This document shows positions 7,730 through 17,827 of a stretch of 43,831 nucleotides of DNA, piece by piece (the first letter of the stretch is position 1; every line of letters begins with the position of its first letter). A model generated the notes under the pieces. The model had not been told where the DNA came from. It ran no database searches and saw only the letters and a program-made list of their open reading frames with translations. Origin of the DNA: Gemmatimonadota bacterium (GTDB taxonomy: Bacteria > Gemmatimonadota > Gemmatimonadetes > Palauibacterales > Palauibacteraceae); assembly GCA_046758745.1 (NCBI GenBank), contig JBHIAV010000022.1:1-43831 (forward strand), given 5' to 3'. A program made the position numbers and the translations under genes.

Positions 7730-9559
7730 ATGGCAAACCCAGCGCCTTACATACTCGGGATCTCGGCCTTCTACCACGACAGCGCCGCCTGTCTCCTGGA
7801 GGGAGGAGAGATCGTCGCCGCCGCCCAGGAGGAGCGCTTCACGCGGAAGAAGGGGGATGCCACCTTCCCGCGTCACGCCGTCCGGTACTGCCTGCGCAGC
7901 GGGCGGATCGAGCCGTCGGACCTCGCCGTCGTCGGCTTCTACGACAAGCCGCTGCTCAAGTTCGAGCGGATCATCGAGACGTACCTGGGGGTGGCACCCC
8001 GCGGCCTGCGCTCCTTCCTGTTGGCCGGCCCGCTGTGGATCAAGGACAAGCTGTACATGGACCGACAGCTGCGCGAGCAGCTTGGCTACGACGGGAAGAT
8101 CCTGTACGCGGAGCACCACGAGTCGCACGCGGCGAGCGCCTTCTTCCCGTCCCCCTTCGAGGAGGCGGCGATCCTCACCATGGACGGTGTGGGGGAGTGG
8201 GCCACGGCCGCGATCGGCGTCGGCCGGGCCAACGACATCGAGCTCTACCGGGAGCTGCACTGGCCGGACTCGCTGGGGCTCCTCTACTCCGCCTTCACCT
8301 ACTACATCGGCTTCAAGGTGAACTCGGGGGAGTACAAGGTCATGGGCCTCGCTCCCTACGGGGAACCGAAATACGTGAAGCTCATCTTCGATGAGCTGAT
8401 GGACCTGAAGGAGGACGGCTCCTTCACCCTCAACCAGGCGTACTTCAACTATCTGACCGGCCTCACCATGACGAACGGTAGGTTCGACGAGCTGTTCGGC
8501 GGGCCGCCCAGGAGGCCCGAGTCGAGGATCACGCAGCGGCACATGGACCTCGCCCGCTCGGTTCAGGAGGTGTGCGAGGAGGTCATGCTGCGCATGGCGC
8601 GAACGGCGCACCGGGAGACGGGGCTCCAGGATCTGTGCCTGGCCGGCGGCGTGGCCCTGAACTGCGTCGGCAACGGTCGGATCCTGCGTGAGAGCCCGTT
8701 CGACAGGCTGTGGATCCAGCCGGCCGCCGGCGACGCCGGAGGGGCGCTGGGCGTGGCCCAGCTCATCTGGCACCGGCACATGCGGGCGTCCCGCCCCGTC
8801 TCCCGGAAGGACCGGATGAGGGGCGCCTACCTGGGACCGGAGTACTCGGCGGAGGAGATCCGCGCCTACCTCGACTCCGTCGGAGCCTCCTACGAGCGCC
8901 TGGAACGGGAGGAGCTCATAGGCCGAACGGCCGAGCTGCTGGCGGGCGGCAACGTGGTGGGCTGGTTCGCGGGCCGCATGGAGTTCGGTCCCAGGGCTCT
9001 CGGGTCGCGGAGCATCCTGGGGGATCCCCGGGACCGGAGCATGCAGTCTCAGATGAACCTCAAGATCAAGTTCCGGGAGAGCTTCCGGCCGTTCGCCCCG
9101 AGCGTGCTGCGGGAGCGGGTGTGCGACTACTTCGAGCTGGACGTGGACTCGCCGTACATGCTGCTCGTCGCGCCGGTGCGGGAGGAGCTGCGCATCGACG
9201 TCTCGGAGGCCGACGAGAGGCTGTGGGGCATTGACAAGCTGAAGGTTCGGCGGTCGGAGATCCCGGCGGTCACCCACGTGGACTACTCCGCGCGGATCCA
9301 GACGGTGAGCCGAGATGACAACCCTGATTACTACGCGCTCATCCGGGCCTTCGAGAGGCGCACGGGGTGCGCGGTGCTCGTGAACACATCCTTCAACGTG
9401 CGCGGGGAGCCCATCGTGTGCACTCCGGAGGACGCCTACCGGTGCTTCATGCGCACCGACATGGATCACCTGGTGCTGTGGCCGTACCTGCTCCACAAGA
9501 ACAGCCAGCCGGAGTGGAACGAGGAGGGGGATTGGAAGGAAGCGCTGCCGCTCGACTGA
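7730..9559 (+). CDS. Carbamoyltransferase, NodU/CmcH family (SxtI-like subtype)
   Basis: Motifs ILGISAFYHDSAA, QEERFTRKK, EHHESHAASAF, MDGVGE, GEYKVMGLAPYG, MEFGPRALGSRSIL and NTSFNVRGEPIV. Confidence 0.95.
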   Translation: MANPAPYILGISAFYHDSAACLLEGGEIVAAAQEERFTRKKGDATFPRHAVRYCLRSGRIEPSDLAVVGFYDKPLLKFERIIETYLGVAPRGLRSFLLAGPLWIKDKLYMDRQLREQLGYDGKILYAEHHESHAASAFFPSPFEEAAILTMDGVGEWATAAIGVGRANDIELYRELHWPDSLGLLYSAFTYYIGFKVNSGEYKVMGLAPYGEPKYVKLIFDELMDLKEDGSFTLNQAYFNYLTGLTMTNGRFDELFGGPPRRPESRITQRHMDLARSVQEVCEEVMLRMARTAHRETGLQDLCLAGGVALNCVGNGRILRESPFDRLWIQPAAGDAGGALGVAQLIWHRHMRASRPVSRKDRMRGAYLGPEYSAEEIRAYLDSVGASYERLEREELIGRTAELLAGGNVVGWFAGRMEFGPRALGSRSILGDPRDRSMQSQMNLKIKFRESFRPFAPSVLRERVCDYFELDVDSPYMLLVAPVREELRIDVSEADERLWGIDKLKVRRSEIPAVTHVDYSARIQTVSRDDNPDYYALIRAFERRTGCAVLVNTSFNVRGEPIVCTPEDAYRCFMRTDMDHLVLWPYLLHKNSQPEWNEEGDWKEALPLD

Positions 9560-9933
9560 CTCCTCGGGAAGGGCGGAGGTTCGGTCTGACCCTGGCCGCG
9601 GCGTTCGCGGGGCTGGCCGCTCTGCTTTGGTGGAGGGGGGAGCCCGGGGTGGCAGGCCTCCTCGCCCCGCTCGCGGCCGCCCTCGCCCTCGCCGGTCTCG
9701 TCGTACCCGGCCGGCTCGGCCCCGTCCACCGGGCGTGGATGGGCATGGCGCGCGCGCTGTCGAAGGTCACGACACCCATCTTCATGAGCGTCGTCTACTT
9801 CGCCGTGATCACCCCGACCGGGATCCTCCGGAGGACGATCGGGGGCAATCCCCTGCGCCGAGCCGGTGTGGGAGGGAGCTGCTGGGTGCCCCGGACGGAC
9901 TCCCCGCACGGCGATCTAGAAAGGCAATTCTAG
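9532..9933 (+). CDS. SxtJ-family membrane protein
   Basis: RRFGLT...TM...VHRAWMGMARALSKVTTPIFMSVVYFAVITPTG...ERQF. TTG start at 9532 inferred from the preceding GAGGAGG. Confidence 0.8.
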   Translation: MEGSAAARLTPREGRRFGLTLAAAFAGLAALLWWRGEPGVAGLLAPLAAALALAGLVVPGRLGPVHRAWMGMARALSKVTTPIFMSVVYFAVITPTGILRRTIGGNPLRRAGVGGSCWVPRTDSPHGDLERQF

Positions 9934-9951
9934 CTTCTAAAAGAGGCCTGC

Positions 9952-10110
9952 ATGAGCAAGCCGAGCCTGGCCCGCGAGCTGTGGGCTTTCATGCGAGTGC
10001 GAAAGAAATGGTGGCTGACCCCGGTGCTCCTCATCCTCTTCCTGGTCGGCGCGCTCCTCGTGTTCGCTCAGGGATCGGCGCTCGCGCCGTTCATCTACAC
10101 CCTGTTCTGA
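9952..10110 (+). CDS. Small membrane protein, SxtK/DUF5989-like (52 aa; absent from the ORF track)
   Basis: Manual translation MSKPSLARELWAFMRVRKKWWLTPVLLILFLVGALLVFAQGSALAPFIYTLF. The RKKWWL and APFIYTLF signatures are present, and AGAGG precedes the ATG. Confidence 0.9.
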   Translation: MSKPSLARELWAFMRVRKKWWLTPVLLILFLVGALLVFAQGSALAPFIYTLF

Positions 10111-10260
10111 AGCGCGGTGTCTTGAGGCGGGACGTCACGGAGAGGCGTCGTCTGTCCTGGAGACCGTGGCTGGCCGACCGACCTTTGGAGGGCTGGCGCT
10201 CCCTGACCCGAGCGCGCCGGCGAAGCCTCCGGGCGGGGGCTCGGGCGCCGCCGCAGCGCC

Positions 10261-11244
10261 TCACCGCTCGCTCATCGCGTCGATCGTCCTCCGGATGCCC
10301 TCCGCGAAGCTGACACGCGGTTTGAAGCCGAGCTCGCGGCTCGCCCTTCCGATGTCGAAGGCGTTGTCATTCTCGAAGAACGCCAGACTCCGCCGGGAAA
10401 ACGGAGGCTGCCTTCCGGCCAGCGCGAATCCCCTCTCCATCATCAAGCCGATACCGCGTGCAAGCGGACGTGGAACCCTTAGGGCCGGAGGTGCGACCTC
10501 GAGCTCCGCGGCGCAGGTCTCCACCAGTGTCCGTAACGCGAGCGTCTCCGGTCCTCCGATGATGTAGGCCCGGCCGTTCGCGCCCTCCGGCGCGGCACAC
10601 GCCACTTGGAAGGCGTTGATCATCTCCCCTATATACAATGGATGCCGCAGGTTGGAGCCATCGCCCACGTAGAAGAAACGACCCGTCCGGATCGCGCGAA
10701 GGAGCTTCGCCGTCCTCGGACAGCCCGGTCCGTAGACCCATGTGGGCCGGAGCACCACGATCCACAGGCCCGTCTCCCCCGCTCGTTTCAGGGCGGCCAT
10801 CTCGCCCGCCAGCTTCGAGCGCTCGTATGGTGTCTGCGGGTTCTTCGGGGACTCCTCCCGAGCCGGCGGGTCGGCCACGTGACCGTATATGCCGACGCTG
10901 CTCGTGTGCACGAGGCGCCGGACGCCTGTCTGAGCACAGAGCTCCACCAGCGCCTCCGTTGCCCGCACGTTCACGGCCTCGAACTCCTCGACCGTCGCGC
11001 CGACCTCCAAGTGCGTGCTGGCTAGGTGAAAGACGGTATGTGCGCCGTCGAGGATCTCCCCGAGCGCCCCGGGCTCGCGGAGATCGATTCGGAAGTAGGA
11101 GATCGCAGGCCGTTCCAGCTCCTCCGAGCGTGGTTTCACATCGACCGCGCGAACTGCGTAACCGGCTGCTGCGAGCTGCGTCGCGAGGTGCCGGCCGATG
11201 AAGCCCGCGGCGCCGGTGACGACGCAACCAACTCGATCGATCAC
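10261..11244 (-). CDS. NAD-dependent epimerase/dehydratase
   Basis: Motifs TGAAGFIG, TSSVGIYG, YERSK and RPTWVYGPG. Confidence 0.9.
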   Translation of the reverse strand: MIDRVGCVVTGAAGFIGRHLATQLAAAGYAVRAVDVKPRSEELERPAISYFRIDLREPGALGEILDGAHTVFHLASTHLEVGATVEEFEAVNVRATEALVELCAQTGVRRLVHTSSVGIYGHVADPPAREESPKNPQTPYERSKLAGEMAALKRAGETGLWIVVLRPTWVYGPGCPRTAKLLRAIRTGRFFYVGDGSNLRHPLYIGEMINAFQVACAAPEGANGRAYIIGGPETLALRTLVETCAAELEVAPPALRVPRPLARGIGLMMERGFALAGRQPPFSRRSLAFFENDNAFDIGRASRELGFKPRVSFAEGIRRTIDAMSER

Positions 11245-12059
11245 GAGGCCTTTCTGGCTGCGACGGCCACGGCATACCCCCCCCTTCCCGGAATCAGCGA
11301 GTCGAGTGAGGAGATGACCCGGACCAACGGATAGAGGAAGGAGTACGCCCGATACGACTTTCGCACCGCCTCCAGCTGCTCCCGGGAGCGGGGCGCGATC
11401 GTGCCCGCCGGCACCCGAGGCCCCTTCTTCTTGCGGGAGAGGACCTTGACGTACGCCATATTGATGCAGAGCTCGACGAGCTCGGTGAAGAAGCGGGAGT
11501 ACACGCCCCTCTGCTCCGGCACGAGCCCGACGTCCCTCACCATCGTCTCCAGCTCCGTCAGGGTATAGCCTTGCACGACGTGCCCGTACGCCTCGGGCCC
11601 CATTCCCAGGCTGCGTTTCAGGATGGCGACGGGGAGGCGGCGGTGCCCGTTCGGCGTCGTGAGGACCGCGAGACCTCCTGGGGCCACTACCCGTGCGATT
11701 TCGCGATTGAAGGAACCGAACTCGGTCAGGTGCTCGTGCACGTCGATGACGAGCACGCGCTCGAACGCGCCGTCGGGGAAGGGGAGGTGATCGGCAGTGG
11801 CGCGATGAACGGGCTCGCTGAGAAGGGACGAGATCTCGCGCGCCGCATCATCTTCGAACTCGGCCCACGTCCATCGCCCTCCCGCCGCGCGGAACTGCCA
11901 GTTCATGGCGCCGTTGTTGTCGCCCCTCGTGATGAGAAGGCACCTCTCAGCGGCGAGTGGTCCGAGGAGCTCCAGGAGCAGCCGGACCTTCTGCTGCTTC
12001 TTGAGCGTCTTTCGGAACATCCGGAGCTGCCAGGGCTCGCCCTCCCTCGGGGCCGCCAT
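11241..12059 (-). CDS. Class I SAM-dependent methyltransferase-like protein
   Basis: LPFPDGAFERVLVIDVHEH and VVAPGGLAVLTTPN. Motif I is atypical (TRGDNNG). ATG 12059 overlaps the asnB-like stop (TGATG). Confidence 0.75.
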   Translation of the reverse strand: MAAPREGEPWQLRMFRKTLKKQQKVRLLLELLGPLAAERCLLITRGDNNGAMNWQFRAAGGRWTWAEFEDDAAREISSLLSEPVHRATADHLPFPDGAFERVLVIDVHEHLTEFGSFNREIARVVAPGGLAVLTTPNGHRRLPVAILKRSLGMGPEAYGHVVQGYTLTELETMVRDVGLVPEQRGVYSRFFTELVELCINMAYVKVLSRKKKGPRVPAGTIAPRSREQLEAVRKSYRAYSFLYPLVRVISSLDSLIPGRGGYAVAVAARKAS

Positions 12060-13969
12060 CACACGCTCCACCGTCTCCGCCAATCCTGCAGGACGAGCAG
12101 GGTCCACAGGACGTGGCTGTGATTGGCCACGCCCGCCAGATGCTCCCGGCGGAGCCGCGTCACGGTGTCCGTGCGGAAGAGCCCCTCCGCGCGAATGCGC
12201 TCCGGTGCCAGGAGCTCGTCCATCAGGGGCTTCAGGGGCCCAGCCAGCCAGTTCTTGATCGGGATGCTGAACCCCTCCTTCGGCCGGTAGACGCACTCCC
12301 GGGGCACGTGTCGCGCGGCGATGCGCTTGAGGAGGATCTTCGTCTGTCCACGCCGGATCTTCAGCTTCGCCGGCACCCGGAACGCCAGCTCCACCATCTC
12401 ATGGTCGAGGAACGGCACCCGTGCTTCCAGCGAGCAGGCCATGGACATTCGATCGACCTTGACCAGGCAGTTGTCGGCCAGATAGCTCCTGACGTCGACG
12501 TACAGCTGTCGCAAGAGCCCGGAGCGAGAGCCGGCGGCAGCAAAGAGCCGCTCAATGTGGGCCTCCGCAGGCGTCTCGCGCGCCGCCTCGACCTCGGGCG
12601 TGAGGAGTTGTCTGCGCAGCTCCTCCCCCACGAACAGCCGCCACCGCGCGTGCTCCAGGACAGCCGGGTGGCCGAGTCCTTCCACGAAGCGCTTGGCCGC
12701 ATTCACCCGTCCTTTCTTGGCCGGCCGGGGGCGAAACGCCCGCACCGTCCGTTCCAGAACGGCGTTACGCAGGAATCGCGGGATCCGGTTCCACAGCCTC
12801 GCGAGATCGTGCGCCAGGTAGGTCTCATAGCCTCCGAAGAGCTCATCGCCGCCGTCGCCCGTCAGCACGACTCTCACGTGGTCGGCCGCCAGCCGGGAGA
12901 CGAGGTAAGTGGGGAAGATTGAGAAGTCCCCAATCGGGTCATCCAGGTAGTGCATCAAATGCTCGAAAAGCTCGAGCGCTTTCGGCCGGAGGACCTCGAC
13001 CGTGTGCTCCGCACCGAGATGCGCCGCCACACGCTCCGCCCATCGGAGCTCGTTGTAGGTGGGATCGTCGAACCCGATGCTGAACGCCCGCGCCCGCCCC
13101 ATCCCTGCCACCACGAGGGAGCTGTCCACCCCACCCGAGAGGAACGCGCCCAGCGGCACATCGCTCACCAGCTGACGCTGCACGGCCTGCCGAAGCTTGG
13201 CGTCCACCTCTTCCGCCCAGCCGGAAGCCCGAGTGGAAGTGGCTCCCTCTTCGTGAGGTGCATCGCGGGGTTCCGAGCCCCGATCGCCGTCTCCCGGGAT
13301 CTCCCACCAGATCCGCTGCCGATCTTGACCCGTGTCGAGATCCAGCTCGAGAAGACTCCCTGGCTCGAGCTTGCGTATTCCTGCGAATAGGGTCCTCGGT
13401 GCCGGCACGTACTCCCAGGCGAGGAGCTCGCCGAGCGCGGTCGGGTCGAGCGCTCGCCCGACGAGCTCCGACGCGAGGAGCGCCTTCACCTCGGAACCGA
13501 AGATGAGATGCTGCGCGGTCAGGAGGTAGAAGAGCGGCTTGATCCCGATGCGGTCCCGCACCAGGAGGAACCGCCGTTGATGGGCGTCGTGCAGAGCGAC
13601 CGCGAACATGCCGTTCAGGCGCGATGGAAACCCGGGACCGAAATCCTCCCACAGGTGGACGATGACCTCGCCGTCGGTCCCGGAAGCGAATTCGTGGCCC
13701 CGCGCCTCCAGCTCCCGGCGCAGCTCACGGAAGTTGTAGATCTCGCCGTTGAAGACCGCCCGGACGGTCCCACCCTCGTTGAAGTAGGGCTGCCTCCCGC
13801 CCTGGATATCGATGATGGCCAGACGGCGAACGCCCAGGCCGACTCCGCACCGGATGTCGAACGCCTCGTCATCCGGACCGCGATGGCCGATCACTCCGCA
13901 CATGGCGCGGAGCCGGTCGGGCTCCGGCGGCGCGCCGGCGAGCGCCACGATCCCGGCAATTCCGCACAC
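12059..13969 (-). CDS. asnB: Asparagine-synthase-like glutamine amidotransferase
   Basis: Motifs MCGIAG, HRGPDD, FNGEIYN, RDRIGIKPL, FLSGGVDSS, GDGGDELFGGY and EARVPFLD. Confidence 0.92.
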   Translation of the reverse strand: MCGIAGIVALAGAPPEPDRLRAMCGVIGHRGPDDEAFDIRCGVGLGVRRLAIIDIQGGRQPYFNEGGTVRAVFNGEIYNFRELRRELEARGHEFASGTDGEVIVHLWEDFGPGFPSRLNGMFAVALHDAHQRRFLLVRDRIGIKPLFYLLTAQHLIFGSEVKALLASELVGRALDPTALGELLAWEYVPAPRTLFAGIRKLEPGSLLELDLDTGQDRQRIWWEIPGDGDRGSEPRDAPHEEGATSTRASGWAEEVDAKLRQAVQRQLVSDVPLGAFLSGGVDSSLVVAGMGRARAFSIGFDDPTYNELRWAERVAAHLGAEHTVEVLRPKALELFEHLMHYLDDPIGDFSIFPTYLVSRLAADHVRVVLTGDGGDELFGGYETYLAHDLARLWNRIPRFLRNAVLERTVRAFRPRPAKKGRVNAAKRFVEGLGHPAVLEHARWRLFVGEELRRQLLTPEVEAARETPAEAHIERLFAAAGSRSGLLRQLYVDVRSYLADNCLVKVDRMSMACSLEARVPFLDHEMVELAFRVPAKLKIRRGQTKILLKRIAARHVPRECVYRPKEGFSIPIKNWLAGPLKPLMDELLAPERIRAEGLFRTDTVTRLRREHLAGVANHSHVLWTLLVLQDWRRRWSV

Positions 13970-15142
13970 TCAGGACAGGACCTCGAGCACGTGGCGCATC
14001 TTCTCCACGTACCGTTCCCGTGAATACTCGCTCGAGTAGCGCGCCCGCGCCCGCGCGACCACTTCCCGTCGGCGAGCTTCGTCGTCGAGGGCCTCCAACA
14101 CCCCTCTGGCCAGGGAGTCGGGATCCGCATCCACGAGGAAGCAGATGTCGTCGTCAAGGACCTGGGTGTGGGCCACCACTCGGGTCGCCACGAGGGGGAT
14201 CCCGTTCGCGAGATGCTCGTAGATCTTCATCGGCGTGTTGGTGCCCCGATCCCGGGGAGAGACGACGACGGTTGCGCGGCGCAGGTAGCGACGCGCGGTC
14301 GTCGGGTCCAACATTCCCGTGAACAAGCAATGCCCGTCCATCCCTAGCTCGATCGCCATCCTGCGATAGCGCTCCACCTGGGCCGGGCGGCCGCCGACCA
14401 TCAAGAGAAAGGCGTCCGGCCTCCGCTCGCGCACCCGCGCGAAAGCCGGGATCAACAGGTCGATCCCCTGATACGGCTGGAAGGTGCCGGCGTAGGCGAC
14501 GATCGGCCGCTGGTTGTCCGGCACGCCCGATACTTCGGTTCCGGCGATGCGCGATCCATGGTCAGGGAAGCGGATCTCCCCGAACAGAGTGTTCTCGATC
14601 AGGAAGTGCCGACCGGGCTCCTGGAGGCGCTCGGCGGCGGAGCGAGCCAGCTCCGGGCATACCGTGATTACCGCGTCCGATCCCTCGAGGCTCACGCGCT
14701 CCAGCCACCGGAAAAGCCCCACGAGAAGTCTGGACGAAGTGAACTCGAAGTTGACGAGCTGCTGCGGCAGGCACGAGTGCATGTCGTACACCAACTTGAA
14801 GCGAAACAGCGGCTTGAGAGCGCGGAAGAAAAAGACGGCTTCCTCGTGCGCATGCACGAAGTCGTAGCGCCGCCCGGCGAGGAGCGGAAGCGCGCGAAGC
14901 ACGAGGACGAGGTCCAGAAAGAGCTTGAGCGCCGATGGGCCAGGACGCACGCTTCCCAAGAAGCGGAAGCGGGGGATCCGGATGATTCGCACACCGGGGA
15001 TCTCAACCTCGCAACCCTCCCCGTAGGTGAGGAGGTCGATCTCCACCCCGAGCTCCGCCATTACGAGCGTGCGGTAGTAGACGCTGATCGGCGTGCCCCG
15101 GGGAGTGAAGAAGGGCTGCGGGACGACGGCGAGCGCCTTCAC
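13970..15142 (-). CDS. GT4 glycosyltransferase
   Basis: Motifs PQPFFTPRGTP, YAGTFQPYQG and NTPMKIYEHLANG. GTG start at 15142 overlaps the upstream stop. Confidence 0.85.
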   Translation of the reverse strand: MKALAVVPQPFFTPRGTPISVYYRTLVMAELGVEIDLLTYGEGCEVEIPGVRIIRIPRFRFLGSVRPGPSALKLFLDLVLVLRALPLLAGRRYDFVHAHEEAVFFFRALKPLFRFKLVYDMHSCLPQQLVNFEFTSSRLLVGLFRWLERVSLEGSDAVITVCPELARSAAERLQEPGRHFLIENTLFGEIRFPDHGSRIAGTEVSGVPDNQRPIVAYAGTFQPYQGIDLLIPAFARVRERRPDAFLLMVGGRPAQVERYRRMAIELGMDGHCLFTGMLDPTTARRYLRRATVVVSPRDRGTNTPMKIYEHLANGIPLVATRVVAHTQVLDDDICFLVDADPDSLARGVLEALDDEARRREVVARARARYSSEYSRERYVEKMRHVLEVLS

Positions 15143-17811
15143 TTTCCGTTGCGCCCACGGTTCGGGGTTCGCAGCGCGATCTGCGCTCGCACGAACGTCC
15201 ACGGACCCTCCAGCCTCCCGTACAGGCGCGGCTGGCTCCCGTCCATCTCGCGCAGGAGCTCCTTCAGCTTCTCGGCCGGCCGCCACCGGTCCAGGCTCGC
15301 TTCTAGGAGGAACCCGTATCGGCCCGCGACCTCGGCTTGGCCTGGCAACGGAAGAGGATCCGTGCCCGGCAGGGTGGCGATTCCCGCCAGCCTCGCGCGC
15401 TCCAGCAATCTGGGTTTGAGACCGAAGGTCGGGCGACCGGCGTTGTCTCCGAGGAACAGTCCGGCCGGAGCCGGGGATGCGAGGAGCTCCACCACGGCGG
15501 CTCTCCGACGAAACCACCACTTGCCTAGCCCCCAGGGCACGACGGCGATGGCGCCGGCGTCGAGCACGGCCCGCACTGTGTCGTGGAGTGTGCCGGCTAC
15601 CGGGAAATCGTCCGATGCACCCAGGGCGAGCACCTCGAGTCCTTCCGCGGTCGTCAACTGTCGCCCGGCGACGAGCAGGATGGCCCTCCCCGTCGGCCCG
15701 CGCGCGAGGAGCGAGATCTCTTCGGCCGTACGCTCGAAGCTCCACCCGTCCGGAGCTTCCCCACCGTCGGACGTGCGAAGGCGCGCGAAGGTGCTCTCTC
15801 CCGGCGGGTCGGCGAGCAACAGGCAACCGGTCGTCGACGGGGGTAGCCCCAGCTCGCGCGTCGCTCTCTCGAAGTTGCGGGCGGCCGCGCCAAAGAACAC
15901 GCGCTCGTCGAAACAGTCCCGAAGGTGTACATGAGCGTCGACCAGGAAGGGACCTGGAAGTGCCTGCGGCTCCGAGTCCACACGAACGGCACGATCGCGA
16001 TGATTCCGGTCCCCGGTGCGCGAGCCGAACGTGCCGACGCTCGAGGTCATGCGCACGGGACGGAGCCTGCGCGAAACGCCAGCAGGATGCCGGACCAGAT
16101 ACGGACCGATCGCCAGGTAGTCCAGCTTCGCAGCCAGAAACGCCCCCACGCAGTCCTCCGCGTCGCAGACGATCGGCTCCTCGTGAATATTGAAGCTGGT
16201 GTTGATGATGGCCGGATGGCCCGTCAGCTCGAAAAAGCTGCGGATGATGCGATAGAAGGAGGGATTCCGATCCTCGCGAACCAGCTGCGGTCGGGCCGTC
16301 CCGTCCACATGTACCACGCCCGGCATCCGCTCGCGCATCCAGGGGGAGGAGCGGAAGGTGATCGTCATGAACTCGGCCGCATGTTCGGCGCCCGCCGTTC
16401 TTTCGAAGCAGTGGTCCCGCTCCTCGTACAACGTGGAGGGTGCGAAGGGCATGAACTCGGTGCGCCGGAGCTGCCGGTTGAGCCAGTCGTTCACGCTGGG
16501 ATCGGTAGGCTGGTAAAGGATAGAGCGGTTCCCGAGCGCGCGCGGGCCGTACTCCATCCGGCCGTCGGCCCTCGCCACCACAAAGCCCTCGACGAGAAGC
16601 CTCGCGATCTCGTGCTCGATGGGCGCCTCAAGCAGCTCAGGCTCCAAGCGGGCCCGCCTGAGCGCTGCTCCGATCTCCTTCTCCCGCAGCTCCGGACCGA
16701 GGTAGACGTCTCGGAGGGGCTCGCAGGCGGCCGGCATCGCACGCCCGAGTATGCCGGGAATGCACGCGCTCAGCGCGGCGCCGACGGCCAGACCACCGTC
16801 GCCCATCCCCGGGTGGATGAACACGTGGTCTATCTCTAGCAGCTCATGGACCGCCTGGTTGACCCGGACGTTGGCGAACACTCCGCCGGCGAGTGCCGCC
16901 TGGCCGACACCACTCCTCCGAGCCCAATGACCTACGTACCGGGCGACGAGCTCCTCGAAATGTCTCTGCACGCTGGCGGCGAGGTCCTCCCGGGTCCACC
17001 CAGGCGGAAGCCGACGGTCGAGCGCGCGAAGGGCCTCCGTGAACGCTACCCTTCCGCGGTTCAGGAAGGTGCCGCCTTCTTCGTCGATGAACTCCCGAAG
17101 GACCTCCAGATATCGAGGCTCGCCGTGAGCGGCGAGGCCGGTGATCTTGCCTTCGTGCCTGTGCGCCCTGAAGCCGCACAGGTCCGTGACGTAGGCGTAG
17201 TAGTTCCCGAGCGAGTGATAGGCGGAGACTTCGTGGAGGGGCTCCAACCTCCCGCTGGCCGCCCGGAATACGCGCGAGCTCCGACCGTCTCCTCCTCCGT
17301 CAAGGGAGACGACAAGTGCTTCGTTCAGGCCGCTCGTGTAGTAGGCCGACGCGGCGTGCGCGAGGTGGTGATCGACGAACACGATGGGGCACCTCGCGCC
17401 GAACTCGGTCCGCAGAATGCGGCGGATTCGTCGGCGACGGCGAAGGAAAGGCAGCCGCTGAGCCGCATAGTAGCCCCTCTCGAGGAAAGGCAGCGCCTCC
17501 CCGTGTCGGGCGAGCCGTCCCGCCAGGCTCCGGAAGCCACCGCCCAGTCCCACCCCGGCGTGCTCGAACCAGCCTTCAAAGGGCCTCCGCTCGTCCACGA
17601 AAGAGTTGTTCCGAGTGGCGACGAGGATCGCTTCCAGCTCGACAATGCTAGTATCGCTGAGCCGCAGCACCTCGCGGACCGAGGCCCGCGGGAACCCGAG
17701 CGCGAGCTTCATCCGGCTCAGACGCTCTTCGTTCACCGCGGCGAGGATAAGTCCATCCTCAACGATCGCCGCGCCCACGTCGACATCGGTGACGATGCCG
17801 AGGACCCTCAC
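15139..17811 (-). CDS. Carbamoyltransferase (NodU family) fused in frame to a C-terminal PHP/metallohydrolase-like domain
   Basis: NEERLSRMK, DHHLAHAASA, HEGKITGLAA, MEYGPRALGNRS and NTSFNIHEEPIV, then a further ~260 aa beginning VDAHVHL and containing GDN..RP and GTDPLP. GTG 17811 follows GAAGGAG. Confidence 0.85.
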   Translation of the reverse strand: MRVLGIVTDVDVGAAIVEDGLILAAVNEERLSRMKLALGFPRASVREVLRLSDTSIVELEAILVATRNNSFVDERRPFEGWFEHAGVGLGGGFRSLAGRLARHGEALPFLERGYYAAQRLPFLRRRRRIRRILRTEFGARCPIVFVDHHLAHAASAYYTSGLNEALVVSLDGGGDGRSSRVFRAASGRLEPLHEVSAYHSLGNYYAYVTDLCGFRAHRHEGKITGLAAHGEPRYLEVLREFIDEEGGTFLNRGRVAFTEALRALDRRLPPGWTREDLAASVQRHFEELVARYVGHWARRSGVGQAALAGGVFANVRVNQAVHELLEIDHVFIHPGMGDGGLAVGAALSACIPGILGRAMPAACEPLRDVYLGPELREKEIGAALRRARLEPELLEAPIEHEIARLLVEGFVVARADGRMEYGPRALGNRSILYQPTDPSVNDWLNRQLRRTEFMPFAPSTLYEERDHCFERTAGAEHAAEFMTITFRSSPWMRERMPGVVHVDGTARPQLVREDRNPSFYRIIRSFFELTGHPAIINTSFNIHEEPIVCDAEDCVGAFLAAKLDYLAIGPYLVRHPAGVSRRLRPVRMTSSVGTFGSRTGDRNHRDRAVRVDSEPQALPGPFLVDAHVHLRDCFDERVFFGAAARNFERATRELGLPPSTTGCLLLADPPGESTFARLRTSDGGEAPDGWSFERTAEEISLLARGPTGRAILLVAGRQLTTAEGLEVLALGASDDFPVAGTLHDTVRAVLDAGAIAVVPWGLGKWWFRRRAAVVELLASPAPAGLFLGDNAGRPTFGLKPRLLERARLAGIATLPGTDPLPLPGQAEVAGRYGFLLEASLDRWRPAEKLKELLREMDGSQPRLYGRLEGPWTFVRAQIALRTPNRGRNGK

Positions 17812-17827
17812 GCGCACTCTCCTTCGC

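Noticed and set aside
7730-10110. Saxitoxin biosynthesis
   Set aside because: Only the sxtIJK-like module is present. There are no sxtA/sxtG-like core genes, and the context is glycan synthesis.
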